From an uncultured delta proteobacterium (GTDB taxonomy: Bacteria; Desulfobacterota; Binatia; UBA9968): a stretch of DNA of 64,000 bases. This document shows positions 14,793-24,339 of this stretch, in pieces (the first letter of the stretch is position 1; every line of letters starts with the position of its first letter). The stretch is taken from contig CAVYTU010000002.1 of assembly GCA_963771465.1 (NCBI GenBank), positions 32,001 through 96,000 of the forward strand. The letters run 5' to 3'. The notes under the pieces are model-generated. The model was not told where the DNA came from. It made no database searches and was given only the letters and a program-made list of their open reading frames with translations. The position numbers were made by a program, and so were the translations under genes.

Positions 14793-16418
14793 CTAGATGC
14801 TGATGCGCTCGAGCTTACGCGCACTGATACGATAGTCATAATAGATTCTGGTGAGATAAACCGCCGTGACCACGGTGGTGATGATACCGATGCACAGCGT
14901 CACGGCGAAACCTTTGATCGGCCCGGTGCCGAACTGAAACAGGATGACGCCGGAAAGGAAGGTCGTGACATTGGAATCCAAGATCGCCGGCAGCGCATTC
15001 TGATAGCCCGCCTCGATGGCCGAACGCACCGCTCGGCCCGCTCTAAGCTCTTCCCGAATGCGTTCGTTGATCAAAACGTTGGCGTCAACCGCCATACCGA
15101 CGGTGAGCACGATGCCGGCGATACCCGGCAACGTGAGAACAGCCTGAAAACCGGCCAGCAAGGCGATCATGAAAAAAACATTGAACACGAGCGCGACCAC
15201 GGCGACTAAACCCGCGCCTTTATAATAAGAGATCATGAACAGCACGACGAAGGCGGCGCCGACGATAAACGAAGTGATGCCTTGATTGATCGAGTCTTGG
15301 CCGAGGGACGGACCGACGGTGCGCTCTTCGGCGATCTCCACCGGCGCCGGCAGCGCGCCAGCGCGCAGGACGATCGAGAGATCGCGCGCTTCTTTGATAT
15401 CGAAGTTGCCGGTGATCGATGCCCTGCCGCCGCCGATCCGTTCTTGAATCACCGGGGCGGAATAAACCCGGTTATCGAGCACGATGGCGAGGCGGCGTTT
15501 CACGTTGGCGGCGGTGATCTGTTCGAAGAGCCGGCCGCCGGCGTTGTTCAGAATCAACTCAACCGACGCCCCTGACAATTGCTCCGCCGGTCGCACCCGC
15601 GCGTCTTGAATATATTCGCCCGTCATCAACGCGCGCGCTTCCAGGACATAGGGCTGCTTCTCCGTGCCCGCGCCCTCGCCCCTGCCGGCGTGGCCGTAGA
15701 GCACCTCGCGTCCCGGTGGCGGACCGGTCTTGGCCGCCTCTTCCGCATTCCCCGTGTCGTCGACGAGTTTGAATTCGAGCAGCGCCGTCTTGCCGATAAT
15801 ATCTTTGGCCCGCGCGGGATCTTGGATACCGGGAAGTTGGATCAAGATGTTTGTCAGTCCCTGACGCTGAATGATGGGCTCGCTGACGCCGAACTGGTCG
15901 ATGCGATTGCGGATCGTTTCCAGCGACTGGTCGATGGCATAGTCACGCACCGAACGGAGCTCTTCTTTGCTCAAAGTCAGAAAGAAGTCGGTGCCGGCCG
16001 CGGAAGTTTGCGGCGTCTTCGCTTCCACCAAGTTACCGAAGTCGCCTTTGAGAATGCCGCGTACGCGCTCGGCGTTGGCGCTGGTCGCTTTGACTCGAAT
16101 CAGGGTACCCTCGACGCGTTCCACTGACACATCGGGGACACCCTTTTCCTTGAGGGCGTTAGCCAGGTTAGCCCGTTCCCGCTCAACGTGATTCTCCACC
16201 GCTTTGTCGACTTTTACTTCGAGCACAAGGTGGCTGCCGCCTTGGAGATCGAGTCCCAGGTGGATCTTTTCCCCCGGCAGCCAACTGGGCCACCAATCCG
16301 GCATCGCGTCCTTTGCGTCAGGGCCTTTCGCAGTGAGAAACGTCGGGGTCAAATATAAAAGCGAAAACAGGATCGCAATCAAAAACATCGCCGCCCTTAC
16401 CGAAACCCCTCGTCGCAT
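14793..16418 (-). CDS. secD: Protein translocase subunit SecD
   Basis: LGLDLQGG, IRNRIDQFGVSEP and GMAVDANVLINERIREE. Confidence 0.97.
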   Translation of the reverse strand: MRRGVSVRAAMFLIAILFSLLYLTPTFLTAKGPDAKDAMPDWWPSWLPGEKIHLGLDLQGGSHLVLEVKVDKAVENHVERERANLANALKEKGVPDVSVERVEGTLIRVKATSANAERVRGILKGDFGNLVEAKTPQTSAAGTDFFLTLSKEELRSVRDYAIDQSLETIRNRIDQFGVSEPIIQRQGLTNILIQLPGIQDPARAKDIIGKTALLEFKLVDDTGNAEEAAKTGPPPGREVLYGHAGRGEGAGTEKQPYVLEARALMTGEYIQDARVRPAEQLSGASVELILNNAGGRLFEQITAANVKRRLAIVLDNRVYSAPVIQERIGGGRASITGNFDIKEARDLSIVLRAGALPAPVEIAEERTVGPSLGQDSINQGITSFIVGAAFVVLFMISYYKGAGLVAVVALVFNVFFMIALLAGFQAVLTLPGIAGIVLTVGMAVDANVLINERIREELRAGRAVRSAIEAGYQNALPAILDSNVTTFLSGVILFQFGTGPIKGFAVTLCIGIITTVVTAVYLTRIYYDYRISARKLERISI

Positions 16419-16421
16419 GCC

Positions 16422-16757
16422 CTATTCCTTCCCTTCCTTCGCCGGCGTTTTCTCGGCGTTCAATACAATCGCGATCTGCGGCCGGTGTACGCGGATGCGC
16501 ACGTTCGGCGCCACTTCTAAAGTCACCACGGTTTCCTTTAAGTCGACCACCTTACCGTAAATTCCGCCGGAGGTCATCACTTCGTCGTTCTTTTTGAGCT
16601 TGTTGAGCAGTGCTTGGTGATCCTTGGCCTTTTTCTGCTGCGGCCGGATCACCATGAAATACATGATCGCGAAAATTAGAATGAACGGGAATATCGTCAA
16701 CATCGGGCCCGGTCCGCCGACTCCCGGCGCGCTTTGGGCGTAGGCTATGTCGAACAT
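16422..16757 (-). CDS. yajC: Preprotein translocase subunit YajC
   Basis: YFMVIRPQQKK...EVMTSGGIYG; lies between tgt and secD. Confidence 0.95.
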   Translation of the reverse strand: MFDIAYAQSAPGVGGPGPMLTIFPFILIFAIMYFMVIRPQQKKAKDHQALLNKLKKNDEVMTSGGIYGKVVDLKETVVTLEVAPNVRIRVHRPQIAIVLNAEKTPAKEGKE

Positions 16758-16780
16758 GAAACCTCCTGAGAGTTTTTGGC

Positions 16781-17890
16781 TTAAGGATTCGCGTCGGCTT
16801 CGAGCCACTGAGGCCAAAGCTCGGAGCGCCCGGCGCGAATCGCTTCCCGACACTTATCCATGAGCCGATGATAAAAGTAAAGATTGTGCAGGCTATTTAG
16901 TTGCGAAGAAAGAATTTCGCCGGCCAGGTACAGGTGGCGCAGATAGGCGCGGGAAAAATTCTGACAGCAGTAACAGCCGCAGGATGGGTCCAACGGGCGC
17001 GCGTCGTTAGCGAACTCGGCGCGTTTGATATTGATCTTGCCCTGCCAGGTGAACAAGGTGCCGTTGCGCGCGTTGCGCGTCGGAATCACGCAGTCAAACA
17101 TGTCGAAACCGGCGCCCACGGCATTGACAATGTCCTGCGGCCGCCCGACACCCATCAGATAGCGCGGCTTATCTTCGGGTAGCAATTGCGCCGTGAAGCT
17201 GCCGACCGCATTGAGTTGCTCCTCGCCCTCACCCACACCTAAACCGCCGACGGCGAAGCCGTCGAAAGCCATCGGCGCCATCTCGTCAACGCACCAGCGG
17301 CGCAAATCGTCGAACAAACCGCCTTGAATAATGCCGAACATCAGCTGATCGGCTTGGCTGCGCGCATCGAGGCAGCGCTTGGCCCAGCGAATCGTTCGTG
17401 CTGTGGAACTTTGAACATAATCGCGTGCCGCGTCGTGCGCAATGCACTCGTCCAAGATCATCGCGATGTCACTGCCGAGAGCTTCTTGAATCTCCACCGC
17501 CTTTTCCGGCGTCAGCAAATGCGCCGAACCATCGAGATGGGATTGGAAGCGCGCGCCGTCTTCGGTAATTTTGCGCATCGCACCCAGGCTAAACACCTGA
17601 TAGCCACCGCTATCGGTCAGGATCGGCCCGTCCCACGACATGAAGCGATGCAGTCCGCCCAACTGGCGAATCAGTTCATGTCCCGGGCGAAGATAGAGAT
17701 GATAGGTGTTGCCGAGGAGAATCTGACAGCCGAGCTCGCGCAAATCGCGCGGCAACATCGCCTTCACCGTCCCTTGCGTCCCCACCGGCATGAAGCACGG
17801 CGTTTCCACTACCCCATGCGACGTGACCAGGCGGCCGAGGCGCCCTTTCGTTGATGAATCGCGCTTGATAACAGAGAAATGTTTAACCAT
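16781..17890 (-). CDS. tgt: tRNA-guanine transglycosylase
   Basis: TPCFMPVGT, NTYHLYLRPG, TDSGGYQVFSL, FDCVIPTRNARNG and Zn ligands CGCYCC...H. Confidence 0.97.
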   Translation of the reverse strand: MVKHFSVIKRDSSTKGRLGRLVTSHGVVETPCFMPVGTQGTVKAMLPRDLRELGCQILLGNTYHLYLRPGHELIRQLGGLHRFMSWDGPILTDSGGYQVFSLGAMRKITEDGARFQSHLDGSAHLLTPEKAVEIQEALGSDIAMILDECIAHDAARDYVQSSTARTIRWAKRCLDARSQADQLMFGIIQGGLFDDLRRWCVDEMAPMAFDGFAVGGLGVGEGEEQLNAVGSFTAQLLPEDKPRYLMGVGRPQDIVNAVGAGFDMFDCVIPTRNARNGTLFTWQGKINIKRAEFANDARPLDPSCGCYCCQNFSRAYLRHLYLAGEILSSQLNSLHNLYFYHRLMDKCREAIRAGRSELWPQWLEADANP

Positions 17891-17896
17891 GGACCA

Positions 17897-18027
17897 ATTT
17901 TGGATTTTGGATTAAAGATTTTGGATTAGGGAACAACCGATTCGCGAACGTACTATAACCTGCGGCATCGACTCCGAATCCGACAATCCAAAATCCAAAA
18001 GCGGCCCCGCAGACGCGAATCCAAAAT
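17897..18027. repeat. Inverted clusters of heptamer repeats (ATTTTGG / CCAAAAT)
   Basis: ATTTTGGATTTTGGATT...ATTTTGGATT on the left and AATCCAAAATCCAAAA...AATCCAAAAT on the right. Confidence 0.7.
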
Positions 18028-18028
18028 T

Positions 18029-19069
18029 TCATAGAATTAGCATCGCATCGCCGTAACTGTAAAACCGATAGCGCCGCTCGATCGCTTCTTGGTATGCCCG
18101 CCGGACAAGATCGAGTCCGGCGAACGCGGCGAGCAAAATCAGCGGCGTCGAACCGGGTAGATGAAAGTTCGTAATCAACGCGTCGAGGACACGAAATGAA
18201 TCGCCGGGCCGAAGGTAAAGCCGCGCGATGCCCTCGTCGGCAACGACCTTTCCCTTTTGCCGCGCGATCCATTCCAGCGTGCGCGTGCTCGTCGATCCGA
18301 CGGCGACGACGCGCCGGCCCGCCGCTTTTGTCGCATTGATCTTTGCCGCGGTCGCCGCGTTAAGGCTATATCGTTCGCCTTCCATGCGATGATTTTCAAT
18401 TTCATTGTGACGCACAGGCTGGAAAGTACCCGCGCCGACGTGCAGCGTCAACATTGCGCGCTCGATTCCCTTGGCGGATAATTTTGCGAACAATTCCGGG
18501 GTAAAATGAAAACCCGCGGTGGGTGCCGCGATGGCGCCTGGATGAGCCGCGTAGACGGTCTGATAACGCTCACGGTCGAGCGCCTCGGTTTCCCGCTGGC
18601 GCCGCACGTAGGGCGGCAACGGCGGTTGGCCGAGCATGTCCAATTGCGCGTTGAACTCGCCGTCGTGATGAAACTCAAGACCAAAGCGGCCGTGGCCGAT
18701 ATCGCCGATCACTTCGGCGCTCATGTTGCTGGCAAAATAAAGCAGGCTGCCGACCCGCGGTTTCTTCGCGCCATCGACTAACGCCAGCCAGAGGCTTCGG
18801 CCTTCATCGGCAAAGCGTTCGAGCAACAGCACCTCAACTTTGCCGCCGCTGTCTTTGCTGCCGATGAGCCGAGCCGGAAAAACTTTGGTATCGTTCAGCA
18901 CCAACAAATCGCCGGCGTCGAGAAAGTTGCCCAAGTCCGAAAACACGCTGTGAATGATCTCTTCCGTGCCGCGCCGGATCACTAATAAGCGCGAGCCTTC
19001 CCGCTCCCGGCTCGGAAACGCCGCGATCAAAGAGTCAGGCAGTTCGTAATTGAATTCCGTGAGGTTCAT
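18029..19069 (-). CDS. queA: S-adenosylmethionine:tRNA ribosyltransferase-isomerase
   Basis: NDTKVFPARL, PLPPYV, YQTVYA, AAPTAGFHF, TNFHLPGST and YRFYSYGDAMLI. Confidence 0.97.
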   Translation of the reverse strand: MNLTEFNYELPDSLIAAFPSREREGSRLLVIRRGTEEIIHSVFSDLGNFLDAGDLLVLNDTKVFPARLIGSKDSGGKVEVLLLERFADEGRSLWLALVDGAKKPRVGSLLYFASNMSAEVIGDIGHGRFGLEFHHDGEFNAQLDMLGQPPLPPYVRRQRETEALDRERYQTVYAAHPGAIAAPTAGFHFTPELFAKLSAKGIERAMLTLHVGAGTFQPVRHNEIENHRMEGERYSLNAATAAKINATKAAGRRVVAVGSTSTRTLEWIARQKGKVVADEGIARLYLRPGDSFRVLDALITNFHLPGSTPLILLAAFAGLDLVRRAYQEAIERRYRFYSYGDAMLIL

Positions 19070-19081
19070 GGCTGACAAAAA

Positions 19082-19109
19082 GTAGGGGCGCAGCCTGCTG
19101 CGCCCCTAC
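19082..19109. repeat. REP-like palindrome (GTAG-type)
   Basis: GTAGGGGCGCAGC-CT-GCTGCGCCCCTAC, a perfect 13-bp inverted repeat. Confidence 0.7.
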
Positions 19110-19164
19110 CCGTTGCAATTTTTTGCGAATGCGAATTGCGGCTTGGCTGCGGGCTAATCGATGA

Positions 19165-19917
19165 CTAAGTGTCCTTTTTTAAGAACGGCGTCAAATAATC
19201 GATCGGCACCGGAAAGATCGTCGTTGAGTTTTTCTCCGAAGCTATTTCGACCAAACTCTGAAGGTAACGGAGCTGCAAAGCCATCGGTTGTGAAGCCATC
19301 ACTCCGGCGGCATCCGCGAGCCTCTGCGAAGCTTGGAATTCACCCTCGGCATGGATGACTTTGGCGCGCCTTTCGCGCTCCGCCTCAGCCTGTTTGGCCA
19401 TGGCGCGCTGCATCTCCTGGGGCAAATCGATGTGCTTTAACTCTACCAGCACAACCTTGATTCCCCACGGGTCGGTCTGCTTATCCAAGATATCCTGAAT
19501 GCGGGTGTTGATCTTTTCCCGCTCGGCTAGTAGCTCATCTAATTCGCCCTGACCGCACACGCTACGCAAGGTCACTTGAGCGAGTTGGGAAGTCGCGAAA
19601 AGATAATTCTCCACTTCCCTGACCGCCAGATTGGGATCGAGCACCCTGAAATAGAGCACGGCGTTGACCTTCACCGAAACGTTATCACGGGTGATCACAT
19701 CCTGCGGCGGGATGTCCATCGTCACCGTGCGCAAATCCATCTTCACCATCTTTTCGATGCCCGGAATGACGTAAACCATGCCCGGTCCGCGCGCCCCGAC
19801 CATGCGCCCAAGGCGAAAGACGACGCCCCGCTCATACTCTTTGATAATCTTGATGCCGCTGACGATCGCGGCTACCGCAATTATCAGAAATGTAAACGGC
19901 ACCCCAAGTCCAAACAT
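19165..19917 (-). CDS. Slipin/stomatin (SPFH, band 7) protein
   Basis: [27 protein letters not shown] and [22 protein letters not shown]. Confidence 0.95.
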   Translation of the reverse strand: MFGLGVPFTFLIIAVAAIVSGIKIIKEYERGVVFRLGRMVGARGPGMVYVIPGIEKMVKMDLRTVTMDIPPQDVITRDNVSVKVNAVLYFRVLDPNLAVREVENYLFATSQLAQVTLRSVCGQGELDELLAEREKINTRIQDILDKQTDPWGIKVVLVELKHIDLPQEMQRAMAKQAEAERERRAKVIHAEGEFQASQRLADAAGVMASQPMALQLRYLQSLVEIASEKNSTTIFPVPIDYLTPFLKKDT

Positions 19918-19943
19918 TGCTGCCTCCTAATGATCGAGAGAGA

Positions 19944-21245
19944 TCAACTTTTGGAAGAACGTCTCACTTTAAGCCGCATCCCTTGGTAGCCGATGACCTC
20001 GACGTTCTCACCCACGTCAATCTCAGAATCGGCTTCCGCGTTCCAATATTCTCCGTGGACAAAAATCTTGCCCGCCGGTTCAAGTTTTCCGCGGACTTCG
20101 CCAATCTCTCCGACCAGTCCGTCCATGCCCATCGTCGGCGTCAATTTTTGCGATTTAAAAACTAGATAGCTGAGCGTCAGCATAATCGCTCCCACCGTGG
20201 CCACCGCGGTGAAAATAATCGAGCGGTCCACCGCCAGATCGGAGCTTTCCGTGTCGAACAGAAAGAGCGAGCCCAAAGCTAAGGAAATAATTCCGCCGAC
20301 ACCCAATACCCCGAAACTCGGCAGAAACGCCTCGGCGACGATCAACGCGATACCCAACGCGATCAGGGCCAACCCAGCGTAGTTGAGCGGCAACAACTGA
20401 AACGACGCTAACGCCAGCAGCAGGCAAATCGCGCCAGCGACGCCGGGAAAAACCACGCCGGGATGAGAGAACTCCATGTAGAGACCGAGCAGCCCCGCCA
20501 TCATCAGCAGATAGGCGATGTTGGGGTCGGCCAGGGTGTTGAGAATCTTTTGTTTTAGACTCATCTCATGACGGTCGATCTTCACGTCTTTGAGCGCCAG
20601 CACATGCGGTTTGCCGTCAAGATCGACCTTGCGGCCGTCGGCCTGCCTGAGCAAATCGTCAATATCTTTGGCGACGATATCGATGACGTTTTTCTTGAGC
20701 GCTTCGCTCTCGGTGATCGCCACGCTTTTGCGCACCGCTTCGATCGCCCACTCGGCGTTGCGGCCGCGTTTTTGCGCGATGCTTTCGCTAAACGACGCGG
20801 TGAAGTTTTCGATCTTCTCGCCCATCACGCCTTTGACTTCCTGGCCGCCGCCGGCAACGGGATGGGCCGCGCCGATGTTGGTGCCCGGCGCCATCGACGC
20901 CACGTGCGCCGCCATCGTGATAAACACTCCCGCCGAGCCCGCACCGGCGCCGCTTGGTCCGACCCAAATCATCACGGGAACTTGCGCGCCGAGCATTTCT
21001 TTAACGATGGTGCGCGTGGAACTGAGCAATCCGCCCGGCGTATCCATCTGAATGACCAGCGCGCGTGCACCGTTCGACTTGGCGCGGGCGATTCCCTCGC
21101 GAATGTAGTCATCGACGGCGGGGTTGATGCTGCCGTCGATGGCGATCATGTCGACATGCGGCGCAGCCGCGTCCTTTGCCTGAGCCCAAGCAGCCGAGGC
21201 GGCGGCGCAGAGAGAAATCAGCAATAGCAGTTTAAGTATTTTCAC
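19944..21245 (-). CDS. nfeD: NfeD family membrane-bound serine protease (long form)
   Basis: DTPGG, AGSAG, MAPGTNIGAAHPV, TM region and C-terminal OB fold (VHGEYWNA); adjacent to the slipin gene. Confidence 0.93.
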   Translation of the reverse strand: MKILKLLLLISLCAAASAAWAQAKDAAAPHVDMIAIDGSINPAVDDYIREGIARAKSNGARALVIQMDTPGGLLSSTRTIVKEMLGAQVPVMIWVGPSGAGAGSAGVFITMAAHVASMAPGTNIGAAHPVAGGGQEVKGVMGEKIENFTASFSESIAQKRGRNAEWAIEAVRKSVAITESEALKKNVIDIVAKDIDDLLRQADGRKVDLDGKPHVLALKDVKIDRHEMSLKQKILNTLADPNIAYLLMMAGLLGLYMEFSHPGVVFPGVAGAICLLLALASFQLLPLNYAGLALIALGIALIVAEAFLPSFGVLGVGGIISLALGSLFLFDTESSDLAVDRSIIFTAVATVGAIMLTLSYLVFKSQKLTPTMGMDGLVGEIGEVRGKLEPAGKIFVHGEYWNAEADSEIDVGENVEVIGYQGMRLKVRRSSKS

Positions 21246-21993
21246 CGCTGAGCTCTTTGATCACTTGCTTGATATCTTCCCAAACCAATTTCTTGTCCGC
21301 CGGATTACGCAGCAAATAAGCCGGATGAAAGGTCGGCATAAGTTTAATGCCGTGATAGCTATGCCAGTTGCCGCGCAGCTTGGAGATCGGCACATTGCTC
21401 TTAAGCAATGTCTGCACGGCGAATTTGCCCAAGCCAACGATGATCTCCGGCCGCACTAACTCGATCTGTTTCTTGAGGAATGGCTCGCAGGCTGCAACTT
21501 CGTCCGGCTCCGGATTGCGATTTTCCGGCGGCCGGCATTTCACCACGTTGCAAATATAAACGTCTTCCCGTTTGATGCCGATTCCCTTGGTAATAATATC
21601 GGTCAAGAGCTGCCCGGCCCGGCCGACAAACGGCTCGCCTTGCAGATCTTCGTCGCGTCCCGGCCCTTCACCGACAAACATTAGCTTGGCGCGCGGATTA
21701 CCAACACCGAATACGATATGGGTTCTTGCCGAACAAAGTTTACAGCGCTGGCAGTCGCCGATGGCGGCGCGTAGTTCTTCGAGAGAATTGGTTTGCGTGC
21801 CCGCTGGAGTGCCGGCAAACAAATCGGCCGCCGCGCTAGCGAACAAGCTGTCATTTTTGATGTTCACGGCTTTCGCTTGTGGCGGATCAGCTTTAGGCGA
21901 AAAACGAATGCCGGCGCGCCGGCGCCGTTCGAGATGGCGCTTGAGCGTTGTCGCGAGCGCCGCCAACTCGTCCGCATCACTGACTTCCGACAT
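21232..21993 (-). CDS. Family 4 uracil-DNA glycosylase (4Fe-4S)
   Basis: CQRCKLC, GEGPGRDED, GEPFVGRAG, KCRPPENRNP and TFHPAYLLR. Confidence 0.95.
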   Translation of the reverse strand: MSEVSDADELAALATTLKRHLERRRRAGIRFSPKADPPQAKAVNIKNDSLFASAAADLFAGTPAGTQTNSLEELRAAIGDCQRCKLCSARTHIVFGVGNPRAKLMFVGEGPGRDEDLQGEPFVGRAGQLLTDIITKGIGIKREDVYICNVVKCRPPENRNPEPDEVAACEPFLKKQIELVRPEIIVGLGKFAVQTLLKSNVPISKLRGNWHSYHGIKLMPTFHPAYLLRNPADKKLVWEDIKQVIKELSGENT

Positions 21994-22074
21994 TAGCCCA
22001 ACCTTTCATGGGCGGATCGTACCACCCGACCGCGAGAGGAAGCAATAACGTTCTGCCAAGAAAAGTGACCCTTG

Positions 22075-22263
22075 ATCCCGGATTCGGCAGTTGAAGTAAT
22101 TGCCTGCGCAGAGCGACGCGCGAGCCTGGAGTAGTGAAGACACCCGATGCTGCAGTTGCAAAGTCATTTTGCCTGTTGGCAAGCCGTTCCAATGGCTACC
22201 GGGGATTGCTCGCTCGGGAACGATGTCGGTTGCCTGCTCAAAGGCACAGGCCCATTGTCTTCA
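22075..22263 (+). repeat. Dispersed ~190-nt structured intergenic element, copy A
   Basis: About 82% identical by manual alignment to 36604-36793, with conserved stems. Confidence 0.85.
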
Positions 22264-22276
22264 GGTTGATATGCGG

Positions 22277-22813
22277 TCAGCCGATTTTGCGCAGTGCTTC
22301 GATATAGGCGGCGCGCAAACGCTGCAAAAACTCCAACGTCTCAGGCCAGAGATAATCGGCATAAGTGTAGGGCAAGCCATGAAAGCCGCCGTCGTGATAC
22401 ATCAGTGTCGCTTCGCCGTAGATGCCGCCGTTGAGATAGATCCGTTGACTGGCATTTTTCGTCGAAGCGAGCACGACTTTGAAGGCGTCTACATACCCCG
22501 GGTCAAGATTCACCCGCCGCCCCTTGAAAGTCACAGCGCGGTAGCGCTGTTCAATTTGTTGGGTTCGCAGTTTTATTGCGGCAAGCTCAGCCGGCGCGCG
22601 TAAACTTGCGAAAGACAGGAATCCGCGCCACAAACTCGGTCCCATTTCCTGCTCATAAAACTTCGAAGCCGTCCAAGGGAGCAATTCACCGCGGTCATCG
22701 ACGGCGCCCAAGAGTTCGGTCAAATCGTTTTCAACGGCAGTGAGAAGCTCGGCATCCGACAAAAGCAGCGCGACGAAATATTTCGCCGGCTTGGGCTCCT
22801 GAGGCGTGCCCAT
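22277..22813 (-). CDS. DUF4416 family protein
   Basis: FYEQEMG...LAAIKLRT...RRVNLDPGY...VLASTKN...RIYL...YTYADY. Confidence 0.85.
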   Translation of the reverse strand: MGTPQEPKPAKYFVALLLSDAELLTAVENDLTELLGAVDDRGELLPWTASKFYEQEMGPSLWRGFLSFASLRAPAELAAIKLRTQQIEQRYRAVTFKGRRVNLDPGYVDAFKVVLASTKNASQRIYLNGGIYGEATLMYHDGGFHGLPYTYADYLWPETLEFLQRLRAAYIEALRKIG

Positions 22814-22814
22814 G

Positions 22815-24020
22815 TCAGCGCGGTTTTTTCAATTCGAGGAAGTGATCGAAAATGCGATCGGCGAGCTCGTCTTTACTCATCAGCGGCAGCGCGCGGGACG
22901 CGCCGGTGCGATCGAGAATCGTCGCGATGTTGGTGTCGCCGTCAAAGCCGCTGCCTTCTTGAGCGATATCGTTAGCGACAATCATATCGAGATTTTTCTC
23001 GCTCAGTTTTTTGGCCGCGTTGGCGCTCAACTCTTCGGTTTCCGCGGCGAAACCGATTAACCACTTGCCGTCCTTAGCGGCGCCGAGGTCTTTTAGGATA
23101 TCGGGATTGGGTTCGAGCCTGATATCGATGGGAACTTTGCCGCGTTTGATCTTTTTCTTCGCGCTCGAAACCGGACGGTAGTCAGAAACCGCCGCAGCCA
23201 TGATGACCGCCGTCGAAGCGGGAAATTCTCTCAACACTGCGGCGCGCATTTCTGCCGCGGTAGTCACCTGAATCGTGCGCGCACCTGCCGGGGTTTCGAG
23301 CGCCGTCGGGCCGCTAACCAATGCGACTTCGGCGCCACGGCGCAGCGCCGCCCGGGTCAAGGCATAGCCCATTTTTCCCGACGAACGATTGGAAATATAA
23401 CGCACCGGATCGAGCGGCTCGCGATTAGGCCCGGCCGTGATCAAAAACCGTTCGCCAGCCAAATCCTTGGGCTTAAGTAATCGATGGATTTCTTCAGCGA
23501 TCGTCTCTGGATCGGGCAAACGACCTTTGCCTTCGTAGCCGCAAGCGAGAAAACCCTCCGCCGGCTCCAGCAGGTGATAACCGACTCGGCGCAGTTTACG
23601 GAGATTTTCCTGCAAGATCGGATTTTCATACATGTGAATATTCATCGCCGGCGCGAACAGCACCGGCGCTTGGGTGGCCATGAGCACGGTAGTCAATAAA
23701 TCGTCGGCGATGCCATTGGCGACTTTGCCGATGATGTTGGCCGTCGCCGGCGCGATCACAAACAAATCCGCCGAATCAGCCAAGTTGATATGGCCGATCT
23801 CCGACTCTTGCGTCAGGCTGAAAGTCTCCGTGGCCACCGGATGACCGGATAGCGTTTGAAACGTCAGCGGCGTGACAAACTCCATGGCGCTCCGAGTCAT
23901 GATCACTTGCACGGAGTAGTTCGCTTTGACTAAGAGGCGCACTAATTCCACCGCTTTATAACAGGCGATGCCGCCGCTAACCCCGAGCATGATTTTCGAC
24001 TGCGTGCGATCAGTAGGCAT
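22815..24020 (-). CDS. coaBC: Bifunctional phosphopantothenoylcysteine decarboxylase/synthetase
   Basis: GVSGGIACYK, APATAN, PAMN, LACG, DPVRYISNRSSGKMG and GFAAET. Confidence 0.97.
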   Translation of the reverse strand: MPTDRTQSKIMLGVSGGIACYKAVELVRLLVKANYSVQVIMTRSAMEFVTPLTFQTLSGHPVATETFSLTQESEIGHINLADSADLFVIAPATANIIGKVANGIADDLLTTVLMATQAPVLFAPAMNIHMYENPILQENLRKLRRVGYHLLEPAEGFLACGYEGKGRLPDPETIAEEIHRLLKPKDLAGERFLITAGPNREPLDPVRYISNRSSGKMGYALTRAALRRGAEVALVSGPTALETPAGARTIQVTTAAEMRAAVLREFPASTAVIMAAAVSDYRPVSSAKKKIKRGKVPIDIRLEPNPDILKDLGAAKDGKWLIGFAAETEELSANAAKKLSEKNLDMIVANDIAQEGSGFDGDTNIATILDRTGASRALPLMSKDELADRIFDHFLELKKPR

Positions 24021-24229
24021 GCTGCAAAAATACCCGATCCCAGATGGGGGTGCAAACTTTTGTTGGGACGCGGCGTTTCGGGCCGGCGAATGCCACATTG
24101 CTACGAAGTTGACACGGGAGTAACTTTTTGTCACCCCTAATCATCCAACGGTTCTATCTTCGCTTGTGACTTAACGACAGAAATCGCCACTTTTGGCCGC
24201 CATTCCGTCAAAACTTCGATTCAACGCGG

Positions 24230-24246
24230 CTGGCACAGATTTCGCT
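24230..24246 (+). promoter_or_regulatory. Candidate sigma-54 (-24/-12) promoter upstream of mlaA
   Basis: CTGGCACAGATTTCGCT has GG-N10-GC spacing, close to the TGGCAC-N5-TTGC consensus. Confidence 0.45.
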
Positions 24247-24339
24247 CCTCAGGCGACTTAGCCGTTCGATTCAGCACAAATTATCGCTGCGGCGTGACCT
24301 GAGACTTGACCGCTATTCGGACTTCGTATAACAACCAAG

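Noticed and set aside
10165-17890. tgt plus preQ transporter next to an R-M system as a Dpd (7-deazaguanine DNA modification) system
   Set aside because: The Tgt is the canonical tRNA enzyme in the queA-tgt-yajC-secDF operon, and no dpdA/B/C-like genes are seen.
17883-18272. 129-aa ORF ending PNPKSLIQNPKL
   Set aside because: An alternative-frame read-through of queA and the heptamer repeats, not a gene.
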